DNA of 64,000 nt from Podarcis melisellensis (Eukaryota): the NCBI GenBank assembly GCA_964234715.1, contig OZ174287.1. One strand, given 5' to 3'. How positions within the stretch are numbered: the first letter of the stretch is position 1; the number at the start of each line of letters is the position of its first letter. Below, piece by piece: positions 1-12,857 of this stretch. A program made the translations under genes and the position numbers. The notes under the pieces were generated by a model that searched no databases, was not told the origin of the DNA, and saw nothing but the letters and a program-made list of their open reading frames with translations.

Positions 1-832
1 AAAATGCAAGTAAATGCCTCTCCCAAGAACTACAAAAGCCTGGGGTTAGAGGCAGGCTGAAAGCAGGATGGAATGGGGAGAGAATAGTGTTTTGGCAAGA
101 GCGCTGTTCATGTATATAATGTGTTGAGATGGGACATCTGCTCTGAAATTTGTCTGTGGTCCCATGAAAATAAGGTACTTGATATCCTCTGGTAGGATTT
201 TAAAAGATTTGTATAGAACTGATTATTCCAGTTTGAGTCTACAAAAGCCAAAGGGGCTTCTTTGTGCTTGGGTGGTTGGTGGCAGTCTGATAGTTCTCCT
301 TTGAATGTCCCTATTTCCAGTTTCCCATCAAACCACTTTTTATGTTTTCAAGTGTGCCCTACAAATTCTATTATAGAGAGCCAGCACTTCTGGTTGTGGT
401 TAGCACCCATCTGTCTTGGGAGGAGTGCGCCTTTGGGAGTGAAGTCACACTGTTGGAAGGCTGAGACCGATATGGGAGAGACAGGTTTTGTTGCAGCTGG
501 GGCAGATGAAGCCATCTAGTTGTGCTGCTGCAGATGCACCATATCATTTATTCTGTCTGCTCTCCTTCCAGGAGTTATTCTTCCTCTGGTCACTGCTATG
601 GATGCATGACCTGACTGTTTGTCTCCAAGCACTAGGGTTGTCTGCAAGCGATTGATGTTGCCAGCCATGTCAGGTTTGCAGACATCTTTGTAATGCAGAG
701 TTGGTCTGCTGGTAGGCTGGGTGAATGAAGCCAACTCCCTGTAGGGCATTGACACTGATAAGACAGATAAATATACAAATACTGTTCTTGGGGAAAAGTC
801 TGCAGTGGATGGACAGTTAGCTGTTTGGTTGG

Positions 833-897
833 AGTTTCTGACATTCTTTATATTGCTATTGTAGCTCCCATAGAAATATTGTGGTATATTCCTGTCA
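833..897 (-). pseudogene. IGHD: Decayed DH relic (paralog of D at 14019 and 17186), core 861-876 encodes FYGSY
   Basis: gtagctcccatagaaa core and gtatattcctgt spacer resemble D14019/D17186; both heptamers are degenerate. Confidence 0.4.
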
Positions 898-1061
898 GGA
901 GTGCCAGCTTGACTCCGCAACCATGGGTGCCAGTAGTCGTGGGTGCCATGCAGCAGGCATGGCCTTGGTACTGAGTAAATAGAGACATTCAGCCTGGAAT
1001 TCCCAGGCCTTGGCTAGGGGAGAAGCTTGACATATCTTTTTGATCCATCTTAAAGTTTACA

Positions 1062-1192
1062 AGGGACACGGGTGGAGCTGTGGGTTAAACCACAGAGCCA
1101 AGGACTTGCCGATCAGAAGCTCGGCAGTTCGAATCCCTGTGATGGGGTGAGCTCCCATTGCTCGGTCCCTGCTCCTGCCAATCTAGCAGTTT
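1062..1192 (+). mobile_element. Sauria SINE 5' fragment
   Basis: gggacacgggtggagctgtgggttaaaccacagagcc...gttcgaatcc...gctcccattgctc; homologous to 58497-58876. Confidence 0.8.
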
Positions 1193-1317
1193 GGCCATGC
1201 TTCCAGGGGCTGATGGGAGTTGGATTCAAGCAACAGTTGGAAGGCCAAAGGTTCCACATACTTGTGTTTTAGGGGTATTTTGTAATGCACAATAACTGAA
1301 CAAAAACTGTGGAAAAC

Positions 1318-1510
1318 CCTCCCATCAGATGTCAAGGGAATAAGCAACTATCTGACTTTTAGATTACATCTGAAGGCAGCCCTATTTAGGGAAGTTTTAA
1401 ATGTTTTATGTTTTATCATATTTTTAATATTCTGTTGTGAGCCGCCCAGAGTGGCTGGGGCAACCCAGTCAGATGGGCAGGGTATTATTATTATTATTAT
1501 TAATAATAAT
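1318..1510 (+). mobile_element. L2 LINE 3' end with (TAT)n tail
   Basis: Same 3' end as copies at 15030, 27555 and 44905 (gccgcccagagtggctgggg...(tat)n). Confidence 0.75.
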
Positions 1511-1734
1511 ATTTAATGGTTTTTGCAAGAAAATCTGGTTCAAGATTTGATTTTTTAAAAAATGATCCCTCCCGGTACAATTCAGAACTAAAATTTGATC
1601 CTGCCAACTCCCTTATTTCAGATTTCTGCAGTTTCAACAATAGCCCAATATATTTTCCTGCCTGCCTGAGTTGCACTTAAACAGAAGAACAAACATAGTG
1701 GTCCCAGGTTTTTGATAGGCTTCTGTTCACCGTG

Positions 1735-1751
1735 TCGCCACCCCAGTTGGG
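1735..1751 (-). other. IGHD: DH segment, 17 nt (CCCAACTGGGGTGGCGA)
   Basis: + strand: ggtttttga(1707)-12-caccgtg(1728) | D | cacagtg(1752)-12-gcaaaatcc(1771). Confidence 0.92.
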
Positions 1752-2875
1752 CACAGTGCTGCAGCAATGTGCAAAATCCTCCAGCATGACTTACGTTGCA
1801 ACCTGCTTCCCCTTCAGATGGAGTGGGTGTTTGTTTTGTGGTTAGGGTATGGAATTTCACAGAATATCATCCTCCCAGGTTTCTCAAAACACACATTTTG
1901 GGCTCCTGTCTCTTGAAAGGCAGGATTGAAAGTGCAGGGATGTGCTTGCTTTCAGGAGAACCAGGAGATATGGATGGTGGTGCCCACAGAGCTGTTAAGA
2001 CCATGTTCATGGAAGTCAGTCTTACTTGTCTATGAGACTTCCAGGACTTCTTTTCAGCCAGAGCTCACCAGAGCTCCCTCCTGTTCCTTTGTGAGCTGTG
2101 ATGGTTCCCCATGACACTGAGGTTTGGGTGGCCTTCACTAGGGACTGAACTTTTAGTGTGGCAGGACCTGCCCTGTGGAAGTCCTTGCTTGTAGAAGTTC
2201 AGCAAGAACCAGTCTTCTGTCCCTTCAGGTGTCTTTTAAAAACCTTGGATTAAGCAGGATTTTAGAACATGATTCTGACCCCCTTTTAGCTGATAAGTAT
2301 TTATGGATGCTTTTATGGATGTTGCTGTTGATTTCCTTCTTATATGCAGTGCTTTTGGGGGGCAGGATTACGCATACCTAAACATTTTGTGAATCCCAGT
2401 TTGAATTCACAAATAAATAAAGCAGAGCTCTCTGTTAGCAAGAAAGGCTACTACATGAAATTGATCTTTTTATCCTCTTAAGTTTCGCTACAGTGAGTTG
2501 CCTGTTCCGTTTCCGGGAATGATTATGTGAAGCTCAATGGAGTGGGACTGTAGCTTAATGTTAGAGCTCAGTTTCATGCAAATGTCCCATGTTAACACAC
2601 ACATCCGCCGCACCTGCAGTTATGGCTGAGAGAGATTCCCGCATGAAATCCTGGAGAACTGCTGCCGATGTGTCAACAATGGTGTGAGATGGATGAAAGG
2701 TTTGGCTGAAACAACTTCCGGTGTTCTTAATTTGAAGGAATTATGCAGAGCCATGGCTACAAAGAGCTGAATTTTGTATGCCAATCCAGAAAAGTAGAAG
2801 CTGGTTGTGCCAAGGGAGAAACCACCTTTGCTCACATCCCTGCAAATAGTTTTTGTATTGGAATGTAACACTGTG

Positions 2876-2889
2876 GCCGCTATAGTATC
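2876..2889 (-). other. IGHD: DH segment, 14 nt (GATACTATAGCGGC; YYSG)
   Basis: agtttttgt(2848)-12-cactgtg(2869) | D | cacaatg(2890)-12-gcaaaaacc(2909). Confidence 0.95.
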
Positions 2890-3012
2890 CACAATGACTT
2901 CTGCTGCTGCAAAAACCTTTATCAACACCAGGCACACTGGTTGTTGGAGGAGGGAGCCTGAAACGTTGCAACCACAAATGACAAATTCTGCAGCTGAAGG
3001 ATCTTCTTCTTT

Positions 3013-3082
3013 TCTTCTTCTTCTTCTTCTTCTTCTTCTTCTTCTTCTTCTTCTTCTTCTTCTTCTTCTTCTTCTTCTTCTT
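3013..3082. repeat. (CTT)n microsatellite
   Basis: Seen directly; source of the poly-K/E/L ORFs. Confidence 0.95.
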
Positions 3083-3271
3083 CATCATCATCTTTGCATC
3101 CATTCATTTACAAGTGCTTCCTCCGGCTTACACAATAAGCAGAGCTGTTTTTCATTCATGTTTCCATTGCAGATCTTGGATTTGCAGTTTTTGATGCAGT
3201 GCTCTGAGAATCCTGGACACTGACTTCATTTTTTAAAAGGGCAAGTTTCTAGCCCTTATGGCTGTGTAGGT

Positions 3272-3385
3272 CAGGGATAGCCAATGGGATGCCCTCCAGA
3301 TATTGTTGGACTGCAAATCACCAGCTAGCATGGCCAGTACTTAGGAGTGATGGGAGCTGGAGTCTTGCAGATTGACTATCCCTGG
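3272..3385. mobile_element. Old hAT-type MITE
   Basis: cagggatagccaat...attgactatccctg imperfect TIRs; interior similar to the 16020 family. Confidence 0.5.
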
Positions 3386-3526
3386 TAGTGGGTGGAGTTG
3401 CATTTACGCATGGAGAAAGCTTTGAATTAGATTTAAATATCCAGAATACCTCCTGCTGCTCCGCATGAGTAGCAGAAATCAAATAGATTATGCAAAATTG
3501 TTAAATTTGCACAAATTACATTTTGT

Positions 3527-3527
<1 letters not shown>

Positions 3528-3569
<42 letters not shown>
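3528..3569. repeat. (CT)n microsatellite
   Basis: Seen directly. Confidence 0.95.
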
Positions 3570-3574
<5 letters not shown>

Positions 3575-3582
3575 GAGAGTAC

Positions 3583-3966
3583 ATGGAAACAAGAGGAAAT
3601 ACCTGACTGATTATGCGGAACTGGATAAACTGACTGGGAAAATAAGATATGCCCGAAACCAAAAGTTCATCGAGGATTGGGGAAAATTTGTTGATTATCT
3701 GAAAAATATATGTGAGGTGCAAACAACGCTAGTAGGGTTTCAAGAAGCACTGTAAAATTTTAAGAGGTATTGTTGAAAGAAAATAGAAAAGGAAGGGAGG
3801 ACAAATGGCAATGCAATTAAAGGAATGCGTACAGAAGGGTAAAAATGGATGATTACCAGAGAAGCTGAAGGAAGACCAAAATTTGTACTTTGTTAAAATC
3901 AGTTAAATTTGGATAAAATTGTATGATTGTATTGAAAACTAATAAAAATTTATTATTAAAAAAAAT
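3583..3966 (+). mobile_element. L1/Tx1-like LINE 3' fragment
   Basis: YAELDKLTGKIR...FIEDWGKFVDYLK ORF2 C-terminus-like, then aataaa and A-rich tail. Confidence 0.65.
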
Positions 3967-5397
3967 GGAGAGTACAGAGCCCAGTATCTAAAAAGCTGTT
4001 AATAGTGGCATCTGAAATGTAAATAGGAAAATTCAATAGTTATTGCAGTCTAGATTTCCCAGTCATCTCACATTCTGGGCCAAGAGGACTAACTTCCTTG
4101 ACTCTGATGCTTTTATAAAGGAACACTGTGGGGAAACTCATGTTATGGTCATTTCCCCACCAAAATGACCCTCATAATTGCCTACTCCCCCAAAACCCCC
4201 CTGCTGCATTCTGCCAGTTCTGGTATCAGTTAAGTTCACCTTTGAGAAACTAGACAGGAGAGTGCCCATTTTCCTTGTTGCTCTGCCTTACATACGCTCC
4301 TTTCATTCTTTAGTCCCGTTATCTCATCCCCTCAAGTGACCTCAGAGTGTTTGCCAGCTTCCTGCTTCAACGGTTGGAAGGAAAGAGCAATAGAACAGGC
4401 TTCCTGTCCAAAATTAATTTTGGGTGCTGAGGGCGGGAACAATGGCAGTTTCATTCCCCTTTGCCTTCTCTGCAGGCTTCTTTGGTGGCAAGCTTACTAC
4501 TCATATCTAGAGAGGTGTGTGACAGTCAAGGCAGAGCCGACACATTGAAAGATGAAGAATGATCAGGGCGAAAGTGTGCGTGAGGAAGAGAGGGCACAGT
4601 GCTGTGTTATGTGAGGAGTCATACTGAACAGGAGATTGAGCTGTAGATTGACTGACAGAATAAGGTACAGGAGTGGTACATATGTGTGTACTTGAGAGAC
4701 CGAAAAAGATGAAATAATGCACTTTAAGTTTGAACTTGTTCTACTGTGGCATCAGCTATTTATCAAAATGGGAACTCTGTGTGATGGATCTGTAACTTAC
4801 CGGTAGTGGCTTCTTAAAATAGTGACATGGTTGGATTAAAAAAAGAATATTCTTTTTCTCTGTTAGAACCCAAGAATATCATTTGATCAATCAATTTCAT
4901 TTGTATCCTGTCCTTCTGCCAAGGAGCTCAGGGTGGTATCCAAGGCTGTTCATCCATTTTATCCTCACAACAATTCTGCGAGGTAGGTTAGTCTGAGAGA
5001 TAGTGTACAAAAACTGTACATGCCTTCATGGCTGTGTGAGTGAATTGCTGCTGTTGCCTAACTGACCCTCACTGCATTTTCAGAGTGAGTTGTGCTGTTG
5101 CTTCTTTAGTCCTAGCACACTCCAAATGTCCTTCTAAATTTCATCCTGGGAATATGTAAATAGGAGGCATATATTCTTCTAAATTATGGACAAGATACAG
5201 TTAGGTCGACTCTATCTCTCTGTCCTCTACTTGATTGTGTTGATGTTTAAGAAGTTCCAAGAATCATTTGCTTAGACTGTTTTAGTTCCAGACAAAAAAT
5301 AGCTTCACATATTCATGAGTTAGTCCCATTACACTGGGAATATCACATGTGTGATGTTATCCTTCATCATTTCTGTTCTTTATTTCTGAATGTGGGA

Positions 5398-5458
5398 GAT
5401 TTTTGAAAGGGTGTTTGATTTCCCAGTAGCCACAGTGATAGGTTCCTGTACAAAAATT
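5398..5458 (-). pseudogene. IGHD: One-sided DH relic
   Basis: Good 12-RSS cacagtg(5431)-12-acaaaaatt(5450); other side has nonamer gatttttga(5398) but no heptamer. Confidence 0.5.
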
Positions 5459-6900
5459 CTGTGATAGAAAGCTTAGAGGGGGAGGATTAAGGACTTGGGG
5501 AGACAGCTGCACTCGGGTCCTGTTTGTGGGCAGAGGCATCTGGTGAACTACTGAGAGAAGATGCAGGGCTTTCAGACCGATCCAGCAAAGCTCTACTTAA
5601 CCTTTTATGTATAAGACAAATGTGACTTCACATTTCCATTAATATTCTATTGCCCTTTCTTTGTGGACTTGACCATAATCACTGTGTTTGCCTGTCTGTC
5701 TCAAACACTTCACCGCTGCATGCCTTGAGTCATTGGACAGATCTGCACAGTACGAGATGGGAGAGGAGAAGCATTTGTTCCACACATTTTTCCCTTCAAA
5801 TAAAAAATATGTTTCATACAGTCATGACTGATGTTAGCTGGATACACTGTGAGGCCGTTTCTCATCCTCTGCTTCATCAGAGTCATTTTCTGAACACGTA
5901 ATATTTTGTAAGGGGGTGTTGCCTCAATCTCAAAATAATTTGGTGGCTTCTTTTTCTCCAATTCATTGGACATCCAAACACTGACCTCTATTTGTTTTAA
6001 ACTGTGCCTTTGATCTAGTATCTCTCCCATTCTGACCTGGAAGGGCTGTGTATGGGAAGAAGAATGTGAGAGACCATGGATTTCCAAACTGTTGTTGGCT
6101 AGGCATATTTTGTGAGATCCTGTGGGAGATCTTTCTGTTAGAAGCATTATGGATTCATAGTTATCATGCAATGCTGGTATAACAGTGAGAGCATAGTGAT
6201 ACAGGCTCAAACCAGCACTTCCATTGGGACAAAATCTTATTAATATAGATGACATTTCGGGGCTACCATAGATGTCCCTGGTCATATTGCCTAGATTTTG
6301 ATTTTGGCAGAGAGTTGCCTCCTGCATGATTTTAGGGTGTGTGCATCTTACATGTAATCCCACTTAAATCCAAAAACTTAGCTTTACTCTTGAAACTCCT
6401 GCGGTGTCTTTTCCACTGCCTATTTGCTTTTGGGGATGTAGAGGTGGGGAGAGACATGATGAAGGTTTGGTGGGAAATCTGATATATGTGGTAGCTTCTG
6501 AATATCTAGTGCTTTTCCAAGCCCCTTTCATTCATTGTGGCTTCTTTTTGTTAATTCATCTTTTAAGATTGCAAAGTTATCCCAGGAATCTCTCTGGATG
6601 TGTTCAGTTGGCCTTCTGTTCCATATTTATTTAGACCCTTCTCTGTGTCACCTGGAAAGCTGTCCCCAAACTTGGGGGAGGCTCAGGAATGGCCGTTAGT
6701 GCCATGCAAGGAACTGCTGCTGAAATGGGGGGGCAGGACAAGATATCTCTGTGCATGTGCAGAAGCACACATACACAACTAAGAACATGCTAGCACATAC
6801 ATACCAGAAAAAGGTCATTATTTTCCCCCCTGCAGACTCTCTTTGCACCTAAGCATGAATGACTGAAAAGCAGGTTTTGGATAGAGCATTCATCACTGTG

Positions 6901-6923
6901 GGAGCTCCAGCTACTATAGTATG
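6901..6923 (-). other. IGHD: DH segment, 23 nt (CATACTATAGTAGCTGGAGCTCC; YYSSWSS)
   Basis: ggttttgga(6873)-12-cactgtg(6894) | D | caccgtg(6924)-12-acaaaatct(6943). Confidence 0.93.
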
Positions 6924-7359
6924 CACCGTGATACATGACTTGACAAAATCTGGAGAATTCAAAAACACTGCTCAGCTGCAAGTGCTGAGACATGTCATCC
7001 ACTCTGACTTTTGTCCCGAGGCACCAGGTTTCTTTGATCACAGATGGGATTGTAAAGTTTGGATGTGGGACCATGACTCCAGTGTTAACCTATTTCAGCC
7101 AAGGGGAGCTTGTCCAGCTTAGGTGTCTCATGGTGGACTGAGTGCAGGCTGCCTTTATACATCTCTATTCTGACCAGGTTTAACTGATCCACATATATTC
7201 TTTGAGTTCAGTTGGGGTAGATAAATCTATGAATTGTAGAGTTGGAAGGGACCCCAAGGGTCATTGAACCCAACTACATGGAGAATGTTGTTCTCCATGG
7301 ACAAAGGTCTACAGGATGGTTGAGTGGACATAGTTTTGGGCATGGTGTTTGTTACGGTG

Positions 7360-7377
7360 GTTGCCTCCATACTGTTG
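7360..7377 (-). other. IGHD: DH segment, 18 nt (CAACAGTATGGAGGCAAC; QQYGGN)
   Basis: agttttggg(7332)-12-tacggtg(7353) | D | caccgtg(7378)-12-gcgcaaact(7397). Confidence 0.8.
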
Positions 7378-8320
7378 CACCGTGCTACATTCCTGTGCGC
7401 AAACTTCAGTCATGTTCAGATTATTTTCCTCCTCAATTAGAGCTTTAGCAAAACAACAACAACCCAAGTAAATGAGTACATAAGCATTCTTTTTTTATTG
7501 TGCAAGAGAAGAATACAAATCTGAGTGCATAAATGTCTTTGATTTGGTCTTGTCTCCCTTTGTTATTATATCAAGCTTAAAAAATGATCAAAGGTTTATC
7601 TAACTTTCAGTTTATAGACTTAAACAGGGGTTCCCAATCAACTGGAACTTTTAATGTTTAGTAGGGGAGATGTTTGTGGGTCTGTTTTGAAATATATAAC
7701 ATGGCTGTTCTGTTAAGAAATATATAACATGGCTATTACCCCGGTTGTCTTTCCAGCCCATCTGTAGTTAAAAGCCACCCATTCTGGTAGGTGAATGGTA
7801 GTTTCCCCCCCACATAGGAACAAAGCTGATAACCTCCTGAAACACCACCATGAACCATCATCCTATTATGTTTCTGAAATAATTGTTGGATGTAGAAGAG
7901 AGCAGCTTCCTGTATTTGTTACACCTGTTTTTGCTCCTTTGCGGTGTTGAGGCCATCATTTGGATTTGGTGGTCAGTGATTTATTTACCCTACCTTTGTT
8001 TTGTTTTGTATTATGTGCTGAAAACTGCTCTGTGGTCACTTCATTGTGCTGCTGGAACATTTATAATTGTGGCTAATAAATAAAAACAATGCACACATAT
8101 ACCCTTTTCTCTTTGAAGCAGACTCTTACTGAATGCCAAAGATTTAAGTTTTATGTATCTTAGAAGAGAATGGTTAAGGCTCAGAAGAGCTATTCAATTC
8201 CTTGGGCACTTATATACACCTGTTAAAACATTCTGGTTACCATGATTTGAGTCTCCAATCAGCCATGACACTTACTGGGTGACCTTAGGTCAGTTGCTAT
8301 CTCAAAGCCTAACCTACCTG

Positions 8321-8445
8321 GATGGCTCAGTTGGCTAGAGTATGGTGCTGATTCCCGTATGGGACAATTGCATATTCCTTCATTGCAAGGGGTTGGGCTA
8401 GATGATCCACGGGGTCCCTTCCAACTCTACAATTCTAGGATTCTA
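8321..8445 (+). mobile_element. tRNA-derived SINE with CR1-type tail
   Basis: ggatggctcagttggctagag A-box head; cccttccaactctacaattctaggattcta tail. Confidence 0.65.
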
Positions 8446-8685
8446 CTTCACAGGGTTGTTGTGAGGATAGAATGGAAATGGCTGAAGAATCATGCCCACC
8501 TCCTTGAGCTCCTTGGAGGAAAGGAACTAGAGTGAAGAAAGACTCTAGTGGCAGAGGACAGAATATCTTGGGCCATCACTGCTAACTATTGGCTAACTAT
8601 TGGCTCATATGCAGCCAGCATAATAAATCTGTTGGTTCCTTCTCATTGTCTCCAAAGACTATTTGTACGGGATTGTATCACTGTG

Positions 8686-8699
8686 CCCCAGCTCCAAAC
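8686..8699 (-). other. IGHD: DH segment, 14 nt (GTTTGGAGCTGGGG)
   Basis: actatttgt(8658)-12-cactgtg(8679) | D | cacagtg(8700)-12-acaaaaact(8719). Confidence 0.92.
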
Positions 8700-10004
8700 C
8701 ACAGTGAGGGGAGTCTTGACAAAAACTTCCTTTGCTCTCAGCTTATGGGAGTTGCTTCCTGCAAATAAGTGATGAGGGTCCCTGTCCTACAGATATGCAC
8801 AGCTCTGATGGTGCACAGAGTAGCTTTCCCCAGTCTGTTCGGTGTCATTGCAGTCTCCCTTGCAAAGTTTGAATGCAGCCCATCAGCTACTGCTTAAGAT
8901 GACTGCTCTCTTTTCAGGATTGCCCAGGGCCAACAGACCATGTTTTTGTTCAACAATATCATGGTCCCTCTCCCAGCTGAATATTAATTTCTTCTTAAAT
9001 TTATATCCCTACCCTTCCTCACAAAGGAGTCCAGGGTGGCAAACAACAAGCAACAAAATGAAAAACAAACAAAACAAAACCTCATTTGGCATCTGGACAG
9101 GGTATCTTAATGATCTGAGAAGTCTGTCTGATAGGAGATGAATAGGGTATGTGCTGCTTGTTGTTGTTTTTAAACAAATACTCTAGGGAGAGAAAGTGTC
9201 CTCTGTAGGCTTTGACATCTTCCCAGAGCATACAGTATATATACACTGTATTGTCAGTCAATGTTGTTTGATGGGTATGGTATTTTGGATTCAAGTCCAA
9301 CCTCAGCTGTGATCAACACAGTATGGTTGAATGGAAATGAGTTTCTTTGAACTGGTTTATGGTGTGATGCTGCCTGAACCAGTGAAAATGAGTCCATATG
9401 AGTCCTGTATACAAGGGACTTTGTAGGCCCAACAACCTGTACTAAGAACATAAGAATAGCCGGCTGGATCAGCCCAATGGTCCATCTGCCCCAGCATCCT
9501 GTTCTCCCTAGATGCCTTTGGGGAGTCTGCAAGCAGGCTTTGAGCACAACAGCACTCTCGCCTTTTGTGGTTTCCAATAAACTGATGCTAGGACCAGTCT
9601 TGAGGAACAGCACACCTGAAGAGTCCCTCTCCCGCTGTGTTATGGTATGGTAGTAAGGCATCTCTATCTTAGCTGGGCCCTGCCAGATGTGCAGTGGTGA
9701 CTCACCCCTGGAGTGCATAGAGAACTTGTGAGACCCAGCAATAGTAACATCAAGCTATGGTCCATGCTCCCCTGTCAATCAGCAATGTGACCAATGGGAG
9801 GCTGAGGATGATGTGGAAACATAACAGAAGGCTATATCCATGTTGCTTTCTTAGGAGTGGTTTTGTGGGAACCTGTTGTAGATGTCAAGGGGCCAGAGGT
9901 TCATGTTCCGGTTTGAGAAAGGGCCTGCCTGTACCAAAAGATAGCATCGCCCATACCTGTGTGTGTCTCTATAAGGAGTTTTTGTATTGAGAAGTAACAC
10001 TGTG

Positions 10005-10019
10005 GTAGCCATATCCCCA
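10005..10019 (-). other. IGHD: DH segment, 15 nt (TGGGGATATGGCTAC; WGYGY)
   Basis: agtttttgt(9977)-12-cactgtg(9998) | D | cacaatg(10020)-12-actaaaatg(10039); spacer paralogous to D2876. Confidence 0.9.
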
Positions 10020-11065
10020 CACAATGTTTTGTGCCAGTACTAAAATGCTTACCAGCACTCAAGACAGAAAACCATCCTTTTGTATACAGATGCGGAAGGG
10101 AGAATGTATGGAATTCTGCAACCACAATCACAAACTCTACCATGGAAATATATCTAGTTGAGTGCAAATATATTGTGTATGAAGGCAGCATATGGCCTTC
10201 CCCCAAGAAGTAGAATTTTGGTGTTTCTGGTGGTGTTCCATGTAGACCAAGTTCACTGTTTCTTCGTCATCCAACAATTATGGGGAAGGTCATCAAGCAG
10301 TGACTTTTCTACCTCAAAAATTGGTGTATAAATTGACTCGAGATCTTAATTTCATTCAACTCATTAATCTGCTTAACCACCTTTAAGGTCTTTGCCAACT
10401 TCCTGCTCAAACTGTGTAAGGAAACAGAAACAGAATGGGCTTCCTGTCAAAGATTAATTTGTGGTACTGTTAGAGACATGCCAGTTTTGTTTGCTAGTGA
10501 CTTCAGTGGCAAGGTTGGCTTTGAATATGCAGAGATGTAAACAGCAGTCACGGTAAATGTGACAAATTTTGAGGTGAAGAATTATCAGCTGGACACAAGA
10601 TAGATGGGAAGAGAGCGATTCATCCCAAGATATATAGGGAACAATATGGAGTTTCTTTTTAAAATCATACATTTGTGCATGAATATATTTCTATGTTGAA
10701 ACTGAGTAGTAGATGGCTACACAGAAGCACAGGAGTCACCATGTTTTTGTGTTGCTGAGGAGAGAGGTTAATTTCACACATACGCTGCAACTTTTTTACA
10801 GTTGACTTTTTCAAAATGGAAGCTTGGTGTACCTCTGCATCTTGATAATTATTTACAATATATCAATATATTCAAAAATTATAAAGCTCTTTTGCTGTGT
10901 GAGACAAGAAGCCAACAACATCTGCTTGAACATCATCAGGACATAGTAAGGTGAGGTGCCTTTACTGTCCTCCTTTTGACTCTGATGTTTCCATTTGAGG
11001 TACCCTGAAGATCTTTCAACTTCCTTTGAAACCTGAGATGGGAAGCATAACTATTAGTGCAATTC

Positions 11066-11303
11066 NNNNNNNNNNNNNNNNNNNNNNNNNNNNNNNNNNN
11101 NNNNNNNNNNNNNNNNNNNNNNNNNNNNNNNNNNNNNNNNNNNNNNNNNNNNNNNNNNNNNNNNNNNNNNNNNNNNNNNNNNNNNNNNNNNNNNNNNNNN
11201 NNNNNNNNNNNNNNNNNNNNNNNNNNNNNNNNNNNNNNNNNNNNNNNNNNNNNNNNNNNNNNNNNNNNNNNNNNNNNNNNNNNNNNNNNNNNNNNNNNNN
11301 NNN
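11066..11303. other. Assembly gap (N run)
   Basis: Run of n. Confidence 1.
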
Positions 11304-11549
11304 CCTTTGAGTACTGTATGTGGAGGAAAAAATCAGATATATAGAAGAGGTTGAAGAGTATGTTTAAGAACTCACACACATATGAGTTCATTGTTAAGCT
11401 TATGTTGAAAGAGAGAGAGGCATTTGCCTTTGTAATTTTGATTCAACATGCATGATTGATGTGTTAGGAAACAATGCATCCAGCACTGTTTATCTCAATG
11501 GTATCCTTTCATTCTGAACAAAGATTTTGTAAGGGCTTTAATCACTGTG

Positions 11550-11568
11550 CCGCTACCCCCGTATTCAT
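11550..11568 (-). other. IGHD: DH segment, 19 nt (ATGAATACGGGGGTAGCGG; EYGGS)
   Basis: agattttgt(11522)-12-cactgtg(11543) | D | cacagtg(11569)-12-acagaaaaa(11588). Confidence 0.92.
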
Positions 11569-11822
11569 CACAGTGATTCACTCCCATACAGAAAAATGGA
11601 GTGTGTGGTGGGAAAGTATATGCAGGATATCACAGATTGCTCTAAGAAAAGGTTTCTTAAGGGACAGTGACTTACAAAGGTCCACGGAAATTCCATTTGC
11701 CTGAGATGAAATGTTGAAGAATTTGATGGCATACTCTTGATAAGCTTGAAAAGATATGCTAGGTCCCCCTTTAAAAAGTTCACAAAGTGCTTGCTACTTC
11801 TGGAATGTGATTTATTGATGTG

Positions 11823-11838
11823 CTGTCCCAGTCTGTTA
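11823..11838 (-). other. IGHD: Probable DH segment, 16 nt (TAACAGACTGGGACAG), weak J-facing RSS
   Basis: tacttctgg(11795)-12-tgatgtg(11816) | D | caccgtg(11839)-12-agaaaaaac(11858). Confidence 0.6.
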
Positions 11839-11894
11839 CACCGTGCCCTGTAAGCTCAGAAAAAACAGAGCCTGTTCAGATTGGAGTTCTTTCT

Positions 11895-12056
11895 GGGGCA
11901 GGGCTGTAGCTCAGTGGCAGTCTTCACTTTGCATGCAGAAGGTCTCAGGTTCAGTCCCCAGCATCTCCAGGTGGAGCCTGGAGACACTGAATCCCTAGAG
12001 AACTGCTGCTGGTCTCTGTAGACAGCGATGAGTTAGAAGGAACAATGATCTGACGG
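11895..12056 (+). mobile_element. tRNA-derived SINE
   Basis: gggctgtagctcagtgg A box and ggttcagtcc B box; homologs at ~2545, 31755(-), 47225(-). Confidence 0.7.
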
Positions 12057-12512
12057 TATTTTTGAAACTTTTCAGCATGTTATCGAACTTTTCAGCATGT
12101 GACTAAAACTGTGTCTTAAGCAAATAGCTCTCTCATCCTGATTTGGGAAGGTTGAGCATGGAAAGAAAAAGGTGAACAATTACCCCTTCTTTTCTATTTT
12201 TTTTTAATTACCAAATCTCTATTTGCATATTTGCTACCCATAAATTATATTTACCTAGGTGACTATGTCTATTGTAAAAATGAACCTACATTATGTGTGT
12301 GTGTGTGCTTATAATAATCACCATAATAGTAAATATCCATAAAATAAAACAACATTCCTCTTGGAAGAGGTGCAAGCTCGTAGAGTTGGCTCCTCACTAG
12401 GAAGTTAGTTGCACTCAGATTTCCCACTGAAATTAATGGGTGTTAAATCACTGCTAACTTTTCACATTAATCCCAATGGGACCTATGTAAATACAGCCAG
12501 CTTTGTGGTTTA

Positions 12513-12630
12513 GTCATGTCCCGGAAATCTGTCTGTGGACAAATGCCAACTCCCTCGTTCTGAAGCAAGATGAGTGCTGCACCCCATAGTCTTAACTGTC
12601 CAGAGGTCCTTTATCTTTACCTTATCTTAC
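12513..12630 (+). mobile_element. Sauria SINE 3' fragment
   Basis: ctgtctgtggacaaatgcc...gatgagtgctgcacccc...(tttacc) tail. Confidence 0.7.
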
Positions 12631-12857
12631 ACAAGAGTACTGAGTTCATCCCATAATATACATTTTCTTGACATATTAGTTTAAAAAACAACACATAGTT
12701 TTATTGAACTATAAGGGTCCTTTACCCCTAAACAAGGTCCAAAGAGAAGTAGCAATCCATGTATGAAACAGAATAAATGATTTAGCAGGAGCAGCCATTT
12801 GAACCAGTTGTCTGTACATAATCTGAGGAGGTTTTTGACAGGGGACCCATCATTGTG

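Noticed and set aside
2741-3223. Poly-K, poly-L and poly-E ORFs
   Set aside because: Translations of a (CTT)n microsatellite.
5710-6363. 217-aa minus-strand ORF
   Set aside because: No recognisable domain or splice context; non-ATG start; likely chance.
11550-11838. Read-through giant D across D11823 and D11550
   Set aside because: A frame is open across the interval but stops (TGA 11570-11568) at the start of the second D, so it is non-productive.
11895-11970. tRNA genes at SINE heads (also ~2545, 8321, 58407)
   Set aside because: A/B boxes continue into SINE bodies and no intact cloverleaf is evident.
12221-12345. Octamer at 12221 and D-like cttataataat-caccata
   Set aside because: No leader or V nearby, and RSS elements too degenerate to support a call.
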